A program made the position numbers and the translations under genes. DNA of 63,573 nucleotides, filler included, from Octopus bimaculoides (taxonomy: Eukaryota): assembly GCF_001194135.2 (NCBI RefSeq). It is 7 parts of 5 records of this genome, joined end to end, with 100 filler letters (N's around TTAATTAATTAA, not from the genome) between each part and the next. Parts side by side here need not be neighbours in the genome. Positions count along the whole stretch, not along the records: positions 31,792 to 47,157 come from NC_069009.1; positions 47,258 to 49,583 come from NW_026379904.1; positions 49,684 to 55,476 come from NC_068988.1; 4 more parts are not named here. One strand, written 5' to 3'. The notes under the pieces were generated by a model that was not told where the DNA came from, searched no databases, and saw only the letters and a program-made list of their open reading frames with translations. How positions within the stretch are numbered: position 1 is the stretch's first letter; every line of letters begins with the position of its first letter. This document shows, piece after piece, positions 39,034 to 52,204 of the stretch.

Positions 39034-39261
39034 TTCGCCCTTTTAAAGCCCGGTTTCCCAGTTTCAATGGTGTATGTGTCCTTCAGCTGGACGAGACGCC
39101 AGTGCATCGCAGCGTAACTCATTTTTGCCAGCTGAGTGGACTGCAGCAACGTGAAATGAAGTGTTTTGCTCAAGAACACAACGTCTCGCCCAGTCCAGGA
39201 ATTGAAACCACAATCTTACGATCATGGTGCTGACACCCTAACCACGAAGCCACGCGCCTCC
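39034..39261 (-). mobile_element. tRNA SINE with CORE-like centre and V-domain-like 3' part
   Basis: Head GGAGGCGCGTGGCTTCGTGG; centre TTCTTGAGCAAAACACTTCATTTCACGTTGC; then GCGATGCACTGGCGTCTCGTCCAGCTG. Confidence 0.75.
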
Positions 39262-39279
39262 ACTAGGAAGTCAATATTT

Positions 39280-40930
39280 ACTCTTTTACTTGTTTCAGTT
39301 ATTAGACTGCGGCCATGCTGGGGCAACACCTTGAAGTATTTTTAGCTGAATATATTGACCCCAGTACTTATTTTCAAAGCTTGGTACTTATTATCCCAGT
39401 CTATTTTGCTGAACTGCAAAGTTATGGGGATGTAAACACACCNNNNNNNNNNNNNNNNNNNNNNNNNNNNNNNNNNNNNNNNNNNNNNNNNNNNNNNNNN
39501 NNNNNNNNNNNNNNNNNNNNNNNNNNNNNNNNNNNNNNNNNNNNNNNNNNNNNNNNNNNNNNNNNNNNNNNNNNNNNNNNNNNNNNNNNNNNNNNNNNNN
39601 NNNNNNNNNNNNNNNNNNNNNNNNNNNNNNNNNNNNNNNNNNNNNNNNNNNNNNNNNNNNNNNNNNNNNNNNNNNNNNNNNNNNNNNNNNNNNNNNNNNN
39701 NNNNNNNNNNNNNNNNNNNNNNNNNNNNNNNNNNNNNNNNNNNNNNNNNNNNNNNNNNNNNNNNNNNNNNNNNNNNNNNNNNNNNNNNNNNNNNNNNNNN
39801 NNNNNNNNNNNNNNNNNNNNNNNNNNNNNNNNNNNNNNNNNNNNNNNNNNNNNNNNNNNNNNNNNNNNNNNNNNNNNNNNNNNNNNNNNNNNNNNNNNNN
39901 NNNNNNNNNNNNNNNNNNNNNNNNNNNNNNNNNNNNNNNNNNNNNNNNNNNNNNNNNNNNNNNNNNNNNNNNNNNNNNNNNNNNNNNNNNNNNNNNNNNN
40001 NNNNNNNNNNNNNNNNNNNNNNNNNNNNNNNNNNNNNNNNNNNNNNNNNNNNNNNNNNNNNNNNNNNNNNNNNNNNNNNNNNNNNNNNNNNNNNNNNNNN
40101 NNNNNNNNNNNNNNNNNNNNNNNNNNNNNNNNNNNNNNNNNNNNNNNNNNNNNNNNNNNNNNNNNNNNNNNNNNNNNNNNNNNNNNNNNNNNNNNNNNNN
40201 NNNNNNNNNNNNNNNNNNNNNNNNNNNNNNNNNNNNNNNNNNNNNNNNNNNNNNNNNNNNNNNNNNNNNNNNNNNNNNNNNNNNNNNNNNNNNNNNNNNN
40301 NNNNNNNNNNNNNNNNNNNNNNNNNNNNNNNNNNNNNNNTATATATATATATATATGGATATATATATATATATATATCCATATATATATATAAATAAGC
40401 GTGTATATTCTGTTGTGTTTGGGGATAGTCATTCTCTTTTGGTGCGTTATAATTTAACACAGTCACCAGTAAAATTTCCACTTATTTCTTTTTTATTTTT
40501 CTAAAATTTTCGTTGCGTCTTGCAACCTTTTCAATAGTCCTGACTCAATAGTTTTTACTGGTGAGTATGTTAAATTATAAGGCACCAAAAAGGGAATGAC
40601 TCTCCCCCAGACGCAACAGAATATGCTTCAACACACAAACTCTCATAAAGAATCTTGCAAACCAAATCCCAAGACGAAATAATCATGTATGTTTATGTAG
40701 ATATTATCTTTCATCTTTTACTTGTTTCAGTTATTAGACTGCGGCCATGCTGGGGCAACACCTTGAAGTATTTTTAGCTGAATATATTGACCCCAGTACT
40801 TATTTTCAAAGCTTGGTACTTATTATCCCAGTCTATTTTGCTGAACTGCAAAGTTATGGGGATGTAAACACACCAGCACCGGTTGTCACGCGATGGTGGG
40901 TGAGACAAACAGAGATACAAAGACATACAT
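39280..40930 (-). mobile_element. Family-B SINE 3' half present twice (39280-39442 and 40712-40930) across a gap; probable assembly overlap
   Basis: Identical ~155-bp text on both sides of a ~900-N gap. Confidence 0.8.
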
Positions 40931-40959
40931 ACACGTAGATCTATATATGTGTGTATATA

Positions 40960-41110
40960 GCTGAAATTTACAGAAAAACAAAAGACGAAGGTGTATTAGT
41001 TTGACGCTTGGGAAGGTGAGAAAGTCTTTTTACATTTCGAGCCTATGCTCTTCAGCAGAAAGGAACGCAAGGAAATAAACAGAGAGAGAATAAAAAAAAC
41101 TTTCTGAGTT
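40960..41110 (-). mobile_element. Short non-autonomous PLE-derived repeat carrying a hammerhead-like motif at 41024-41063
   Basis: Minus strand CCTTT-CTGCTGA-A-GAGC-ATAG-GCTC-GAAA-TGT-A-AAAAG; homologous to 62065-62250. Confidence 0.7.
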
Positions 41111-41494
41111 AGCGGTCAATCATATATATACACACGTGTACGTATATATGATAGGCTTCTTTTAGTTTCCTTCTATCAAATTCACTCACAAGGCTTTGAT
41201 TGGCGCAAGGCTATCCTATAAGACATTTGCCCAAGGTGTCATGCAGTGGGACTGAACCCTGAACCATGTGGTTGGGAAGCAAACTTCTTACTACACAGTT
41301 AAGGCACATGGTTTAGTGGTTAGTGTATTCTGCTCAGTATTGTAAAGTTGTGAGTTCAATTCCTAGTGACGTGTTATGTCCTTGAGCAAACTTCTTACCA
41401 TACAGTCACACCGGCATCTATATATCTCTTTACTCCTTAGTAGTATCAGCCCAAGAGCTGTAGCCATGCTGGAGCACCACCATTAAAAAGCAAT

Positions 41495-41640
41495 GAGCAA
41501 CCTTAATTGGTTTTCTAATCTTATTGGACTCTCATCAGAGGCGTCTGTATGAAGTTGAATAATCCCTGGTCAGATTGTTCTCCTTAATCTCCATTTCCTT
41601 GTGTAATGTTGCTATTTTGATGTCTATTAATGTCGGCCTG
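41495..41640 (-). mobile_element. Possible PLE ORF end running into a decayed hammerhead (41495-41543)
   Basis: KEMEIKENNLTRDYSTSYRRL*, with the stop inside CTGATGA; then GAGTC-CAATAA-GATTA-GAAA-ACCAATTAAGGTT. Helix I does not pair. Confidence 0.35.
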
Positions 41641-41897
41641 TATAAATATGTATGAATATGCTGTTTATTGTTGATGTTCACCTATGTCTGACCTCAAGAT
41701 GTGATGTGCTTCCATCACACTGAAATGCTTATGTAAGCTGTAAGCTCAAAACATTTTCAGTGTGTGTGTGTGTGTTTGTGTATATGTTTGTATATATATG
41801 TATGTATGTTCATTACACAGTCATGCATACACACATATATAAATAGATAGAATCAAAGATATATGTGGATATATGTATGTATCTATTTTTCACAGAC

Positions 41898-42060
41898 ACA
41901 GGCATTGCTGTATTGTGAGAATTTCGCTTACCAATCACATGGTTCTAGGTTCAGTCCCTATGCATGGCACCTTGTGTGAGTGTCTTTTTCTATAGCCCTG
42001 GGCCAATTACAGTGTTTTAAATGGATTTGGTAGATGGAATCTGAAAGAAGCCGATCATAT
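41898..42060 (+). mobile_element. SINE family B head (other heads at 41150-41300 on minus, 41301-41390 on plus)
   Basis: Homology to 12939-13130. Confidence 0.75.
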
Positions 42061-42350
42061 ATATATATATATATATATATACTAGATAAATGTCTATATC
42101 TGTTTGTGTAGTGGGATCCCTTTTCCCTTTTGACAGGCCCCTGATATTTAAAAATAAAGGATTAACCCTTACAGTATACAAATTAGTAGCTCCAATTCTC
42201 TGTAGTTACTGGATATGTGGAATATATAAACAGATGAACTGGTGTTTATCTGGAATTAGTCAAATTGATGTATACATCTGTAAGGTTTGAAAATTAATTC
42301 TGTTCATAATTTTTTTCACTCTGCGGAGAAACAGTTAAGTTTTCCCTCTT

Positions 42351-42428
<78 letters not shown>

Positions 42429-42730
42429 TCCAAACTCCAATGAATTCCTCTCAACACATGGCTATGATGCTCCCCCACTACTTCTGCTCATGATCAGAGA
42501 TGCACATATCATCAGCCACCAAGGGGCATGCTCAACTGGTTACGGTCAAACAACTGACAAGCAAATCTGTGGTATTGAGCAGAATATTTACTGTAGCCCA
42601 TCTTTTATACCAAAATAAACATCTCAATCTACTTCATTTTGGTAATATTTAAGGATTGATGTTACTCCTCCAGAAAGTAAAGAAACAATAAGAAAGGTGC
42701 CACTGTTATCGAATGAAGAATATTTTGACA

Positions 42731-42790
<60 letters not shown>

Positions 42791-43059
42791 TTCTTCTCCT
42801 TCTTCTCCTCTCACGACTTACACTCTTCTTTCTCTTTGTCTACTTTTAGCTCATCAACAGCAAACTGAAATTTTACCATAAAGCGGAAGCGCCATCCATA
42901 CCATTCCCTGGGTTGGCCTATGGTTACGAAGAAACAGAAGATGGTGCATTGAAGAAGCAGGATCCTCCAAAGAGAGACACCACTCTGGGACCAGCTTTCT
43001 ATAACGTAATCTTCTTTATCTTTTCTTCATTTTTTTAATCTTGTTTTTTTTTTCTGTCT

Positions 43060-44460
43060 TTTTACTTGTTTCACTCATTTGACTGCGTCCAAGCTGGGGC
43101 ACTGTCTTGTAGAATGTTTAGTTTTTTTTTTTTACAGGCTGATACATATTCTGTTGGTCTCTTTTGTCGAACTGCTAAGTTACGGGGACATGAACAAACC
43201 GACACGTGTCAAGTGGTGGTGATGGATAACCCCAAACACTCTCAAAGTTAAATTCATAGAGAAATGATAGAAAACAAAATGAATGACATTCTTCTTTCTA
43301 AATGTTTACATCTGTTTTGACACATTTTTACACCTGTAGTACATTGGTGAGATATCATCATTCTCATCCACCCAAAGTCAAAACATACCTCTTCAGTTGA
43401 CTATATATATATGGTGTATTTACAGCCCTGTAACTTAGTGGTTCGATAAAAGAGACCAATAGAATAAGGACTAGAATAAACAGTTAAACGAAGCTGGAAA
43501 GAGAGAGGTTTGGAGACGCCACTACGAAAGGTTGCTTAATAAAGAGAATGAATGGGAGAAAGAGAGTCTGCCGAATGTCGACCCAACAGAGGGACCAGCT
43601 ATACTAATTGACAGCACCTTGGTAGATAAAGCAATTAAGAGTATGAAGACAGGCAAAAATGTATTGCACCTGTAATTCAAAAAGCCCAGCCTTGTCACAT
43701 TGTGTGTCACGCTGAATCTCCCTGAGAACTACATAAACTGTACACGTGTCTGTGGAGTACTCAGCCACATGTTAATTTCATGTGCAGGCTGTTCCGTTGA
43801 TTGAATCAACTGGAACCCTTGGCATCATGGCCAATGCTGTGTTAGTAGTGCCGAAATATTACCTTGATTGGAAATAGGCTTCATCTTGGTGTGTTTACAT
43901 CCGTGTAACTTAGCGGTTCGGCAAAAGAGAATGATAGAATAAGTATTAAGGTTACAAAGAATAAGTCCTGGCTTCGATTTCTTCGACTAGAATCCATTTG
44001 AGACAGTGCTCCAGCATGGACACAATCAAATGCCTGAAACAAATAAAAGAATATACTGTATATATATTTCTATAGGCATAAGCATGGTTATGTGGTAAGA
44101 AGCTTTCTTTGTTACCACATTGTTCCGAGTTCAGTCCCACTGCAAGGCACCTTGGGCAAGGCTTTTCTACTATAGCTGCAGGCTCACCAATGCCTTGTCA
44201 CTGGGTTTGGTAGATGGAAACTGAAAGAAGCCTGTTGTCTATGTATATATATGTGTGTGCGTGTGTGTCCCATCACTGCCTGTCAGCTGGTGTTGGTGTG
44301 TTTACATCACCGTAACTTACTGGTTCAGCAAAAGAGACCAATAGAATAAGTACTCGGCTTAAGAAAATTATGTCCTGGGGTCAATTTGTTTGGCTAAAAG
44401 TCTTCAAGGAGGTGCCCCAGCATGGCCACAGTCACACGATGGAGACAAATAAAAGAATAC
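43060..44460. mobile_element. Nest of SINE fragments (families B and A)
   Basis: 43060-43230 (-, B), 43420-43490 (+, B), 43670-43830 (+, A 3' half), 43870-44050 (+, B), 44075-44460 (+, B). Confidence 0.8.
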
Positions 44461-44509
44461 ATATAAACAGTCATGTGGAGATATATATATGTATATGTAT
44501 GTATATATA

Positions 44510-44572
<63 letters not shown>

Positions 44573-44623
44573 GTATATATATATATGTGTGTATATATAT
44601 GTATATATATATGTATATATATG

Positions 44624-44671
<48 letters not shown>

Positions 44672-44672
<1 letters not shown>

Positions 44673-44737
44673 GAAGCATCAGTTGTGGCGTGCAAGAGAG
44701 ACGATTGCGCTGGTATGGACATGTGGTGAGAATGGAG
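44672..44737 (+). mobile_element. RTE fragment ([21 protein letters not shown])
   Basis: Nearly identical to 53553-53600. Confidence 0.85.
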
Positions 44738-45398
44738 GNNNNNNNNNNNNNNNNNNNNNNNNNNNNNNNNNNNNNNNNNNNNNNNNNNNNNNNNNNNNNN
44801 NNNNNNNNNNNNNNNNNNNNNNNNNNNNNNNNNNNNNNNNNNNNNNNNNNNNNNNNNNNNNNNNNNNNNNNNNNNNNNNNNNNNNNNNNNNNNNNNNNNN
44901 NNNNNNNNNNNNNNNNNNNNNNNNNNNNNNNNNNNNNNNNNNNNNNNNNNNNNNNNNNNNNNNNNNNNNNNNNNNNNNNNNNNNNNNNNNNNNNNNNNNN
45001 NNNNNNNNNNNNNNNNNNNNNNNNNNNNNNNNNNNNNNNNNNNNNNNNNNNNNNNNNNNNNNNNNNNNNNNNNNNNNNNNNNNNNNNNNNNNNNNNNNNN
45101 NNNNNNNNNNNNNNNNNNNNNNNNNNNNNNNNNNNNNNNNNNNNNNNNNNNNNNNNNNNNNNNNNNNNNNNNNNNNNNNNNNNNNNNNNNNNNNNNNNNN
45201 NNNNNNNNNNNNNNNNNNNNNNNNNNNNNNNNNNNNNNNNNNNNNNNNNNNNNNNNNNNNNNNNNNNNNNNNNNNNNNNNNNNNNNNNNNNNNNNNNNNN
45301 NNNNNNNNNNNNNNNNNNNNNNNNNNNNNNNNNNNNNNNNNNNNNNNNNNNNNNNNNNNNNNNNNNNNNNNNNNNNNNNNNNNNNNNNNNNNNNNNNN

Positions 45399-45466
<68 letters not shown>

Positions 45467-45823
45467 CCACACACGTATGCATACAGACTCTCTCACACAC
45501 ACAAATATACATATACCTGTGTGTGTATATACTCGCACACATAAGCATGCATTGCCATATACACACGCTGCTAAGTTTGTTTTCAAGTATGAATGTAATT
45601 AAACAGTCCAGTGGTTTTAATCATTGAATTAGGTTGTGGTGGTCATGGTGGAGTGGGTTCAAGAGGCTGAATATAACCTTCTCACTTTCACAAGAATCTA
45701 AATCTGAGTGAAAAAAAAAAATACAAATTAATAAAATTGATAAAAAAAATGAAATATGAAATAAATAACCTATGGGACTTAACCCCTCTCCATCTGTCTC
45801 CCAGATAAATCAAATTTGAAAGA

Positions 45824-45841
45824 ATATTATTATTATTATTA

Positions 45842-45898
<57 letters not shown>

Positions 45899-45965
45899 TA
45901 TTATTACTATTATTATTATTATTATTATTATTTATTATTACTATTATTATTATTATTATTATTTA

Positions 45966-46009
<44 letters not shown>

Positions 46010-46011
46010 TA

Positions 46012-46043
<32 letters not shown>

Positions 46044-46260
46044 GAAGGTAGTGAGCTGGTAGAATCATTGGCATGCCAGGCGAAATGCTTAGCGGTATTT
46101 CGTCCATCTTTACGGTCTGAGTTCAAATCCGCCGAGATCGACTTTGCCTTTCATCTTTTTGGGGGTCGATAAATTAAGTACCAGTTGTGTACTGAGGTCA
46201 ATGTAATCAACTTACCCCCTCCTCCAAAATTCCAGACCTTATGCCCATAGTAGAAAGGAC

Positions 46261-46306
<46 letters not shown>

Positions 46307-46600
46307 GAAGGTAGTGAGCTGGCAGAATTGGTAGCATTCCGGATGGAATGGTTAGCAGTATTTTATCTGTCAGTACGTTCTGAGTTCAAATTCTACCGAG
46401 GTTGACTTTGCCTGTCATCCTTTCAGAGGTCAATGAAATAACTACCAGTTATGCACTGGGGTTAGTGTAGTTGACTGCTACCCCCCCAAAAAAAATTTCA
46501 GGCCTTGTGCCTATAGTAGAAAAGGGTTGATGTAATCGACTTAACTCCTCTACCAAAATTGCTGGCCTTGTGCCAAAATTTGAAACCCTTATTGTTATTC
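45824..46600 (+). mobile_element. Two tandem family-C SINEs (46044-46260, 46307-~46600) embedded in (ATT)n
   Basis: Both begin GAAGGTAGTGAGCTGG directly after (ATT)n. Confidence 0.88.
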
Positions 46601-46964
46601 TTGTCTCCTCATTATTATCCTTATGTCATGATGTGAAGGTGTTCCTCATTAGCTCATACATACATAAGAGAGCAGGGTGTGATTTGAGGGAGATTTGGCT
46701 GCTATTTCTGTGAGGTCTACTTACCATGTAGAGGTCTCCCACATTGGCTCACACTTACATATATACATACATACATCAGACAGTTGGGTGTGATTTGAGT
46801 GAAATTTGGCTGCTACTCCTACCAGTTCCAGCTACCATGTAGAGGTCTCCCCCATTGGCTTGGGTGGTCTGGGTGACCCTGTATGTTTATTTCTGTTTAG
46901 GACGCTTGTATATGTTGACCTCACATCTGACTTGTGTAGTTGTCTGTGTATGTGTATGTATTAG

Positions 46965-47157
46965 GCACTGATGATGATGGTGGTGGTAGTGGTGGTTGTG
47001 GTGGTGGTGGTGGTGATGATGATGGTAGTGGTGATGGTGGTGGTGGTGAAGGTGGTGGTGATGGTGGTGGTGGTTATGGTGGTGATGGTGGTGGTGATGA
47101 TGATGGTAGTGTTGGTGGTGGTGGTGATGATGATGGTAGTGTTGGTGGTGGTGGTGA
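46965..47157. repeat. (GGT/GAT)n low-complexity tract
   Basis: Read directly; explains the Gly/Asp and Val/Met ORFs. Confidence 0.9.
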
Positions 47158-48381
47158 NNNNNNNNNNNNNNNNNNNNNNNNNNNNNNNNNNNNNNNNNNN
47201 NTTAATTAATTAANNNNNNNNNNNNNNNNNNNNNNNNNNNNNNNNNNNNNNNNNNNNATTGGAAATGTTTCGGTGTGTGTCTGGGAGTGTTTGTAACTGT
47301 GCTCACACACATGTGCACACATACATGTACACACACACACACACATAGACACATGCACATACACACGCACAGACACACACATGTATACATGTACATATGT
47401 ATGTATATATATATATATATATATNNNNNNNNNNNNNNNNNNNNNNNNNNNNNNNNNNNNNNNNNNNNNNNNNNNNNNNNNNNNNNNNNNNNNNNNNNNN
47501 NNNNNNNNNNNNNNNNNNNNNNNNNNNNNNNNNNNNNNNNNNNNNNNNNNNNNNNNNNNNNNNNNNNNNNNNNNNNNNNNNNNNNNNNNNNNNNNNNNNN
47601 NNNNNNNNNNNNNNNNNNNNNNNNNNNNNNNNNNNNNNNNNNNNNNNNNNNNNNNNNNNNNNNNNNNNNNNNNNNNNNNNNNNNNNNNNNNNNNNNNNNN
47701 NNNNNNNNNNNNNNNNNNNNNNNNNNNNNNNNNNNNNNNNNNNNNNNNNNNNNNNNNNNNNNNNNNNNNNNNNNNNNNNNNNNNNNNNNNNNNNNNNNNN
47801 NNNNNNNNNNNNNNNNNNNNNNNNNNNNNNNNNNNNNNNNNNNNNNNNNNNNNNNNNNNNNNNNNNNNNNNNNNNNNNNNNNNNNNNNNNNNNNNNNNNN
47901 NNNNNNNNNNNNNNNNNNNNNNNNNNNNNNNNNNNNNNNNNNNNNNNNNNNNNNNNNNNNNNNNNNNNNNNNNNNNNNNNNNNNNNNNNNNNNNNNNNNN
48001 NNNNNNNNNNNNNNNNNNNNNNNNNNNNNNNNNNNNNNNNNNNNNNNNNNNNNNNNNNNNNNNNNNNNNNNNNNNNNNNNNNNNNNNNNNNNNNNNNNNN
48101 NNNNNNNNNNNNNNNNNNNNNNNNNNNNNNNNNNNNNNNNNNNNNNNNNNNNNNNNNNNNNNNNNNNNNNNNNNNNNNNNNNNNNNNNNNNNNNNNNNNN
48201 NNNNNNNNNNNNNNNNNNNNNNNNNNNNNNNNNNNNNNNTATATATATATACACACACATACATGTATATATATATATCCATCCATCTATCCATCCATTC
48301 ATACATTTATACCTACCTAAGTACATTCATAAATTCTTAAATTCATACATACATATATTACATTATATTACGTCATACTAC

Positions 48382-49400
48382 TGTAACGGTCCAAATAAAT
48401 TGTTGTCACGTATTCATGCTTTAGTCACAAACATACGTAAAATAAATAAGTCGTCCTGTTTCAGAGATTGTATCTGGTGTCTGCATTATCGGCTAACACT
48501 CTGCGGCAGATCGAAGTGAAATCTCGTTGGAAATAATCTTTCCGCGATGGAAAATTCAAGTTACCTCCCTTACCCTTAATTCCTATCTTTGATACTTGTC
48601 GTTCGCAGTTATCTCCCATACGTTAACTCTTCGCCTGACTCCCAATATTCACGAAATAAATAAGTAAATAAATAAATAAAAAGATAAATAAATAAATATG
48701 ATGGTCAGTGTCGAGCCGCTGGCGAAATATTTTTCTCACGAGAGTTCCGGACCCCAGTTATGAACTCATTTGCATACAGCCAATCAGAGCTCAGTTATCA
48801 AAGAAAACATTTCTCCCAGTGTTCGTTATTTTCTCCTCGTTCCGGTCTAACGACTCTCCACATTTGTTTTCGTTCGGTTTCCTTGTGCGTCTCCACTGTC
48901 CTGTTTTATTTGTTCCCAACTTTGACCCTCCATAAATCCCAAATTCTATTTTGGTATTTATGGGAGCAATTGTCTTTCAAAGACTCATATTGTCATTGAA
49001 TGCTCGAAATGAGGAGTAGATAGACAACCGGCAACTGACGAAGGGTCATTCTTTGTGTTACTTGTCCTGTTTTCCATTTTCTCTCTCGTTGTTTGCGTAT
49101 TTAACTCTCTCCCTCCCCTCCCTTCACCCTTTCTATCTGCTACCTACACGTGCCGGTGACTGCTTTTCAGTCTCCTGCCTTTTTGTTGCTGGACGCCTAG
49201 TGTGCTGGTCAAACTTTTTCTTTTCTCAATTCTGTTCCTTTTTCTCTTCTTTTTTCTTTTCTCAGTTCTGTTTTTCATATCCATTTGAGGATTTCTCTCA
49301 GGCGTGTTTGGCCCTAAAGCTATATTTATTTATTTATTTATTTATTTATTGTCTTCGTCTATCATTTCAAATTACTGTTGTTTACGATCGTACGTCCACC
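48382..49400 (+). mobile_element. CpG-rich LTR-like or other repeat promoter region
   Basis: Starts TGTAAC; CpG-rich; octamer ATTTGCAT (48768-48775) next to CCAAT (48780-48784). 3' boundary not defined. Confidence 0.35.
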
Positions 49401-49683
49401 TTGTATAATTTTGTTTGCTCGAGCCCTAATACTCTGCAAATCTTGCGGGTGCCGCCGACATACGAAGTTCCTAGTCTTATCGTTAAAGGCATGAAACTAG
49501 GTATTAGCATTTTTCGGTTGATAACTCATGAAGTAATATGGTTCTGGTGACCGTCCTACCTGTAAATTTTGTAGTAAACACACNNNNNNNNNNNNNNNNN
49601 NNNNNNNNNNNNNNNNNNNNNNNNNNNTTAATTAATTAANNNNNNNNNNNNNNNNNNNNNNNNNNNNNNNNNNNNNNNNNNNN

Positions 49684-49745
49684 CACATTTTTCTAATCCG
49701 AATTTCATATCTATTTCCTTGGTAAAGCCGTGTACTGTCTGTAGT
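49684..49745 (-). mobile_element. R4-clade RT fragment (KLQTVHGFTKEIDMKFGLEKC)
   Basis: Matches the R4/R2 motif V..FS.DIGM.FGL.KC. Confidence 0.75.
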
Positions 49746-49747
49746 TT

Positions 49748-49790
<43 letters not shown>

Positions 49791-49803
49791 CCATCACCAT
49801 CAC

Positions 49804-49869
<66 letters not shown>

Positions 49870-49879
49870 TATACACACA

Positions 49880-50630
49880 ACAGATTAAACTGCTGGAAAA
49901 GAAAAATTCCAAACATTGGGCTACAACAAGTAACTTTAGATGCCAAGAACCCTCTTAAGTATGCTAGCTGTCCCTAATAACACTGTTTTCTGGAGCTGTA
50001 CTAAACTGGGTTTTATGCCAATTTCCTCTCTCTATCTGTTCAAATCTTTAGGCATATAATGCACCTATAACTACTGGGATACATTTTACCCACACTTTCC
50101 ATAGTCTTTGTAATCCAATGACTAGGTCCTGGTACTTTGCTATTTTTTCTATACCTCTCATATTGATTTTTTTTTCATAATTTGGGAAAGTAAGTCCCAA
50201 ATGATGAAAAAATCAATTATCTGGCACTTTCTATTCTCTTTATCTACTACTGCTGAATCAGCCTTTTAGCTTCTATTACTCTGTCAGTCTGAATGTTGAA
50301 ATCCAACAACAACTTATATTTCTTACTTTCTAGTACTTTACTAGGTTCATGTTCATACCACTTATCAGTATGTTAAAATCCTAGCTTTCTACATAAATTC
50401 CAGTGGATTACTCTCCCTAGGTTGTCATATCATTTCTTGTATTCTTTCTGTGCCAGCATGTTATATGATTAACACTTTCCTCTTTTGATTTGCATAACCT
50501 ACATTGGGAATCTGCTTGATTTTGTCTATCTTGGCTCTTATCCAATTAGTCCTTAATGCTTGATCTTGTGCTGCTACTAATAAACTTTCTGTCTCCCTTT
50601 TCAACCTTTCTTTCTGCAACCATAATCATC
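49880..50630 (-). mobile_element. Second R4/Dong 3' fragment (CCHC and RLE end) followed by a (TAA)n(TGA)n tract
   Basis: RETESLLVAAQDQALRTNWI; SQCRLCKSKEESVNHI; LQKTVLLGTASILKRV. Tail tract at 49745-49868. Confidence 0.88.
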
Positions 50631-51254
50631 TGGTTCACCAGTCCCCAGTCAAATCGTCCAACCCATGCTAGCAGGGAAAGCGGATGCTAAATGATGATGA
50701 TGATGATGATGATAGAAGAGTTGGTATAGTCATTAAAATCAAGATTTATTAGAAGCAATATCATGAGGTTTGGTAAAGGAAAACTGAAAACAAGATGTTA
50801 GCTGACAATTAAGGGGGTCCCCCTTATGATTTCTATGATTTATGTCTGCTCCCTCAGCCCTACTCCTACCAGATACTGCCCTTTTGTTCTCTCAGCCTTA
50901 GATATACAAGAATTTGATAAACTAGTCTATAAATTAAAACTGACCCCATAAAAACAAAAAAAAATCAGTGACAGGCAGAGTCTATAACAATGTATATCTT
51001 CTTGAAAATTCAGTAACTTCTATGCTGGAATGAAGACAGCATGTTCTTTGTCTATCTCCTTAACTTCTTGGAGATTTTAGTTATAATTATACTAATGTGT
51101 CCATCTGTTCTAATTTAATTAAATTCTATGTCTTTGTGCAGCTGAGGATTGGTCTGCATTTTAAATTGATGTAATGATTGCATTGTTCAATTAAATGGAG
51201 TTGCATGAAATGATCTTACTACATTACCTCTAGATATCCTTGTTGCATATTTTG

Positions 51255-51298
<44 letters not shown>

Positions 51299-51869
51299 GT
51301 GTGTATGTGTGTGTGTATGTGTATGTATGTACACAAACACACATTGGAGTGCTGAAAAGTGCCTGGCTTTAAGGCTATTGTGAAAGGCCTGGTTGGAGGC
51401 CTGAACTACCAAGTTCTTTAACAGAGCTTAAAGAACTGAAGGATTGCTGCAATATGTGTGTGTGAATCTGAGAGGGAAATGTGTTGGATAAAATCATAAT
51501 TAACTGATCCTCCTGTATTTTCTTTTATCCAAAGCCAGGAACTTTTCAGCATTCTCTCATATAATTAATTATTTGCAGGATCCAATTGAATCAAGGTCTT
51601 TTAATAATACAGACACCAAGTTCGGGTCAAGAATAACATATCTGTGTATCAACAGTATATATGAACACTTATACATATATTAATGTGTACATCGACTTGT
51701 CCTACCACTTGCATACACATGTACATTAACAGGAATCCCAGATAGATGGCTACACTGAACAAACCAGGTGTCTTCATACCTTTTTGTCATAAGAGAGATA
51801 TTTTCACCATAGTAACTGCAGTGAATTTGCCTTTTAGCAGTTGAAATATGTCACAAACATATTTTAACT

Positions 51870-52140
51870 AACCTAAAATTTGCTTAGGCCTAAACACTGC
51901 TTGGCACTAACGTTTCATTATTTTCCATGGTCAGGTGATCCACTTGTGCAAATCAGTCAACAACGTTGACTGAATTTTTCATAAAGCTTTTGTTTTATAA
52001 GTTTGTTCAGCATTGCCTCTCTTAGGTACACTGACAAGAGTTAAAAGACTCGAAACATTGATGTTTGAGATTCCTGATAAATGGCAACTGAACAAACCTA
52101 AATTTTGCTTATACCTAAACACTGCTTGGTGCTAACATTT

Positions 52141-52141
<1 letters not shown>
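51870..52141 (+). repeat. 225-bp-period unit bounded by 47-bp direct repeats (51870-51916 and 52095-52141), containing a hammerhead-like motif
   Basis: 41/47 identity between the repeats. Confidence 0.75.
52027..52069 (+). ncRNA. Decayed type I hammerhead motif
   Basis: TACA-CTGACAA-GAGT-TAAAAG-ACTC-GAAA-CATTGATG-T-T-TGAG. Restoring two CpG-type transitions gives CTGACGA and the palindrome ACATCGATGT. Confidence 0.6.

Positions 52142-52204
<63 letters not shown>

Noticed and set aside
48995-49065. GAAA...CTGACGA as a permuted (type II) hammerhead
   Set aside because: Helices I and III do not form.
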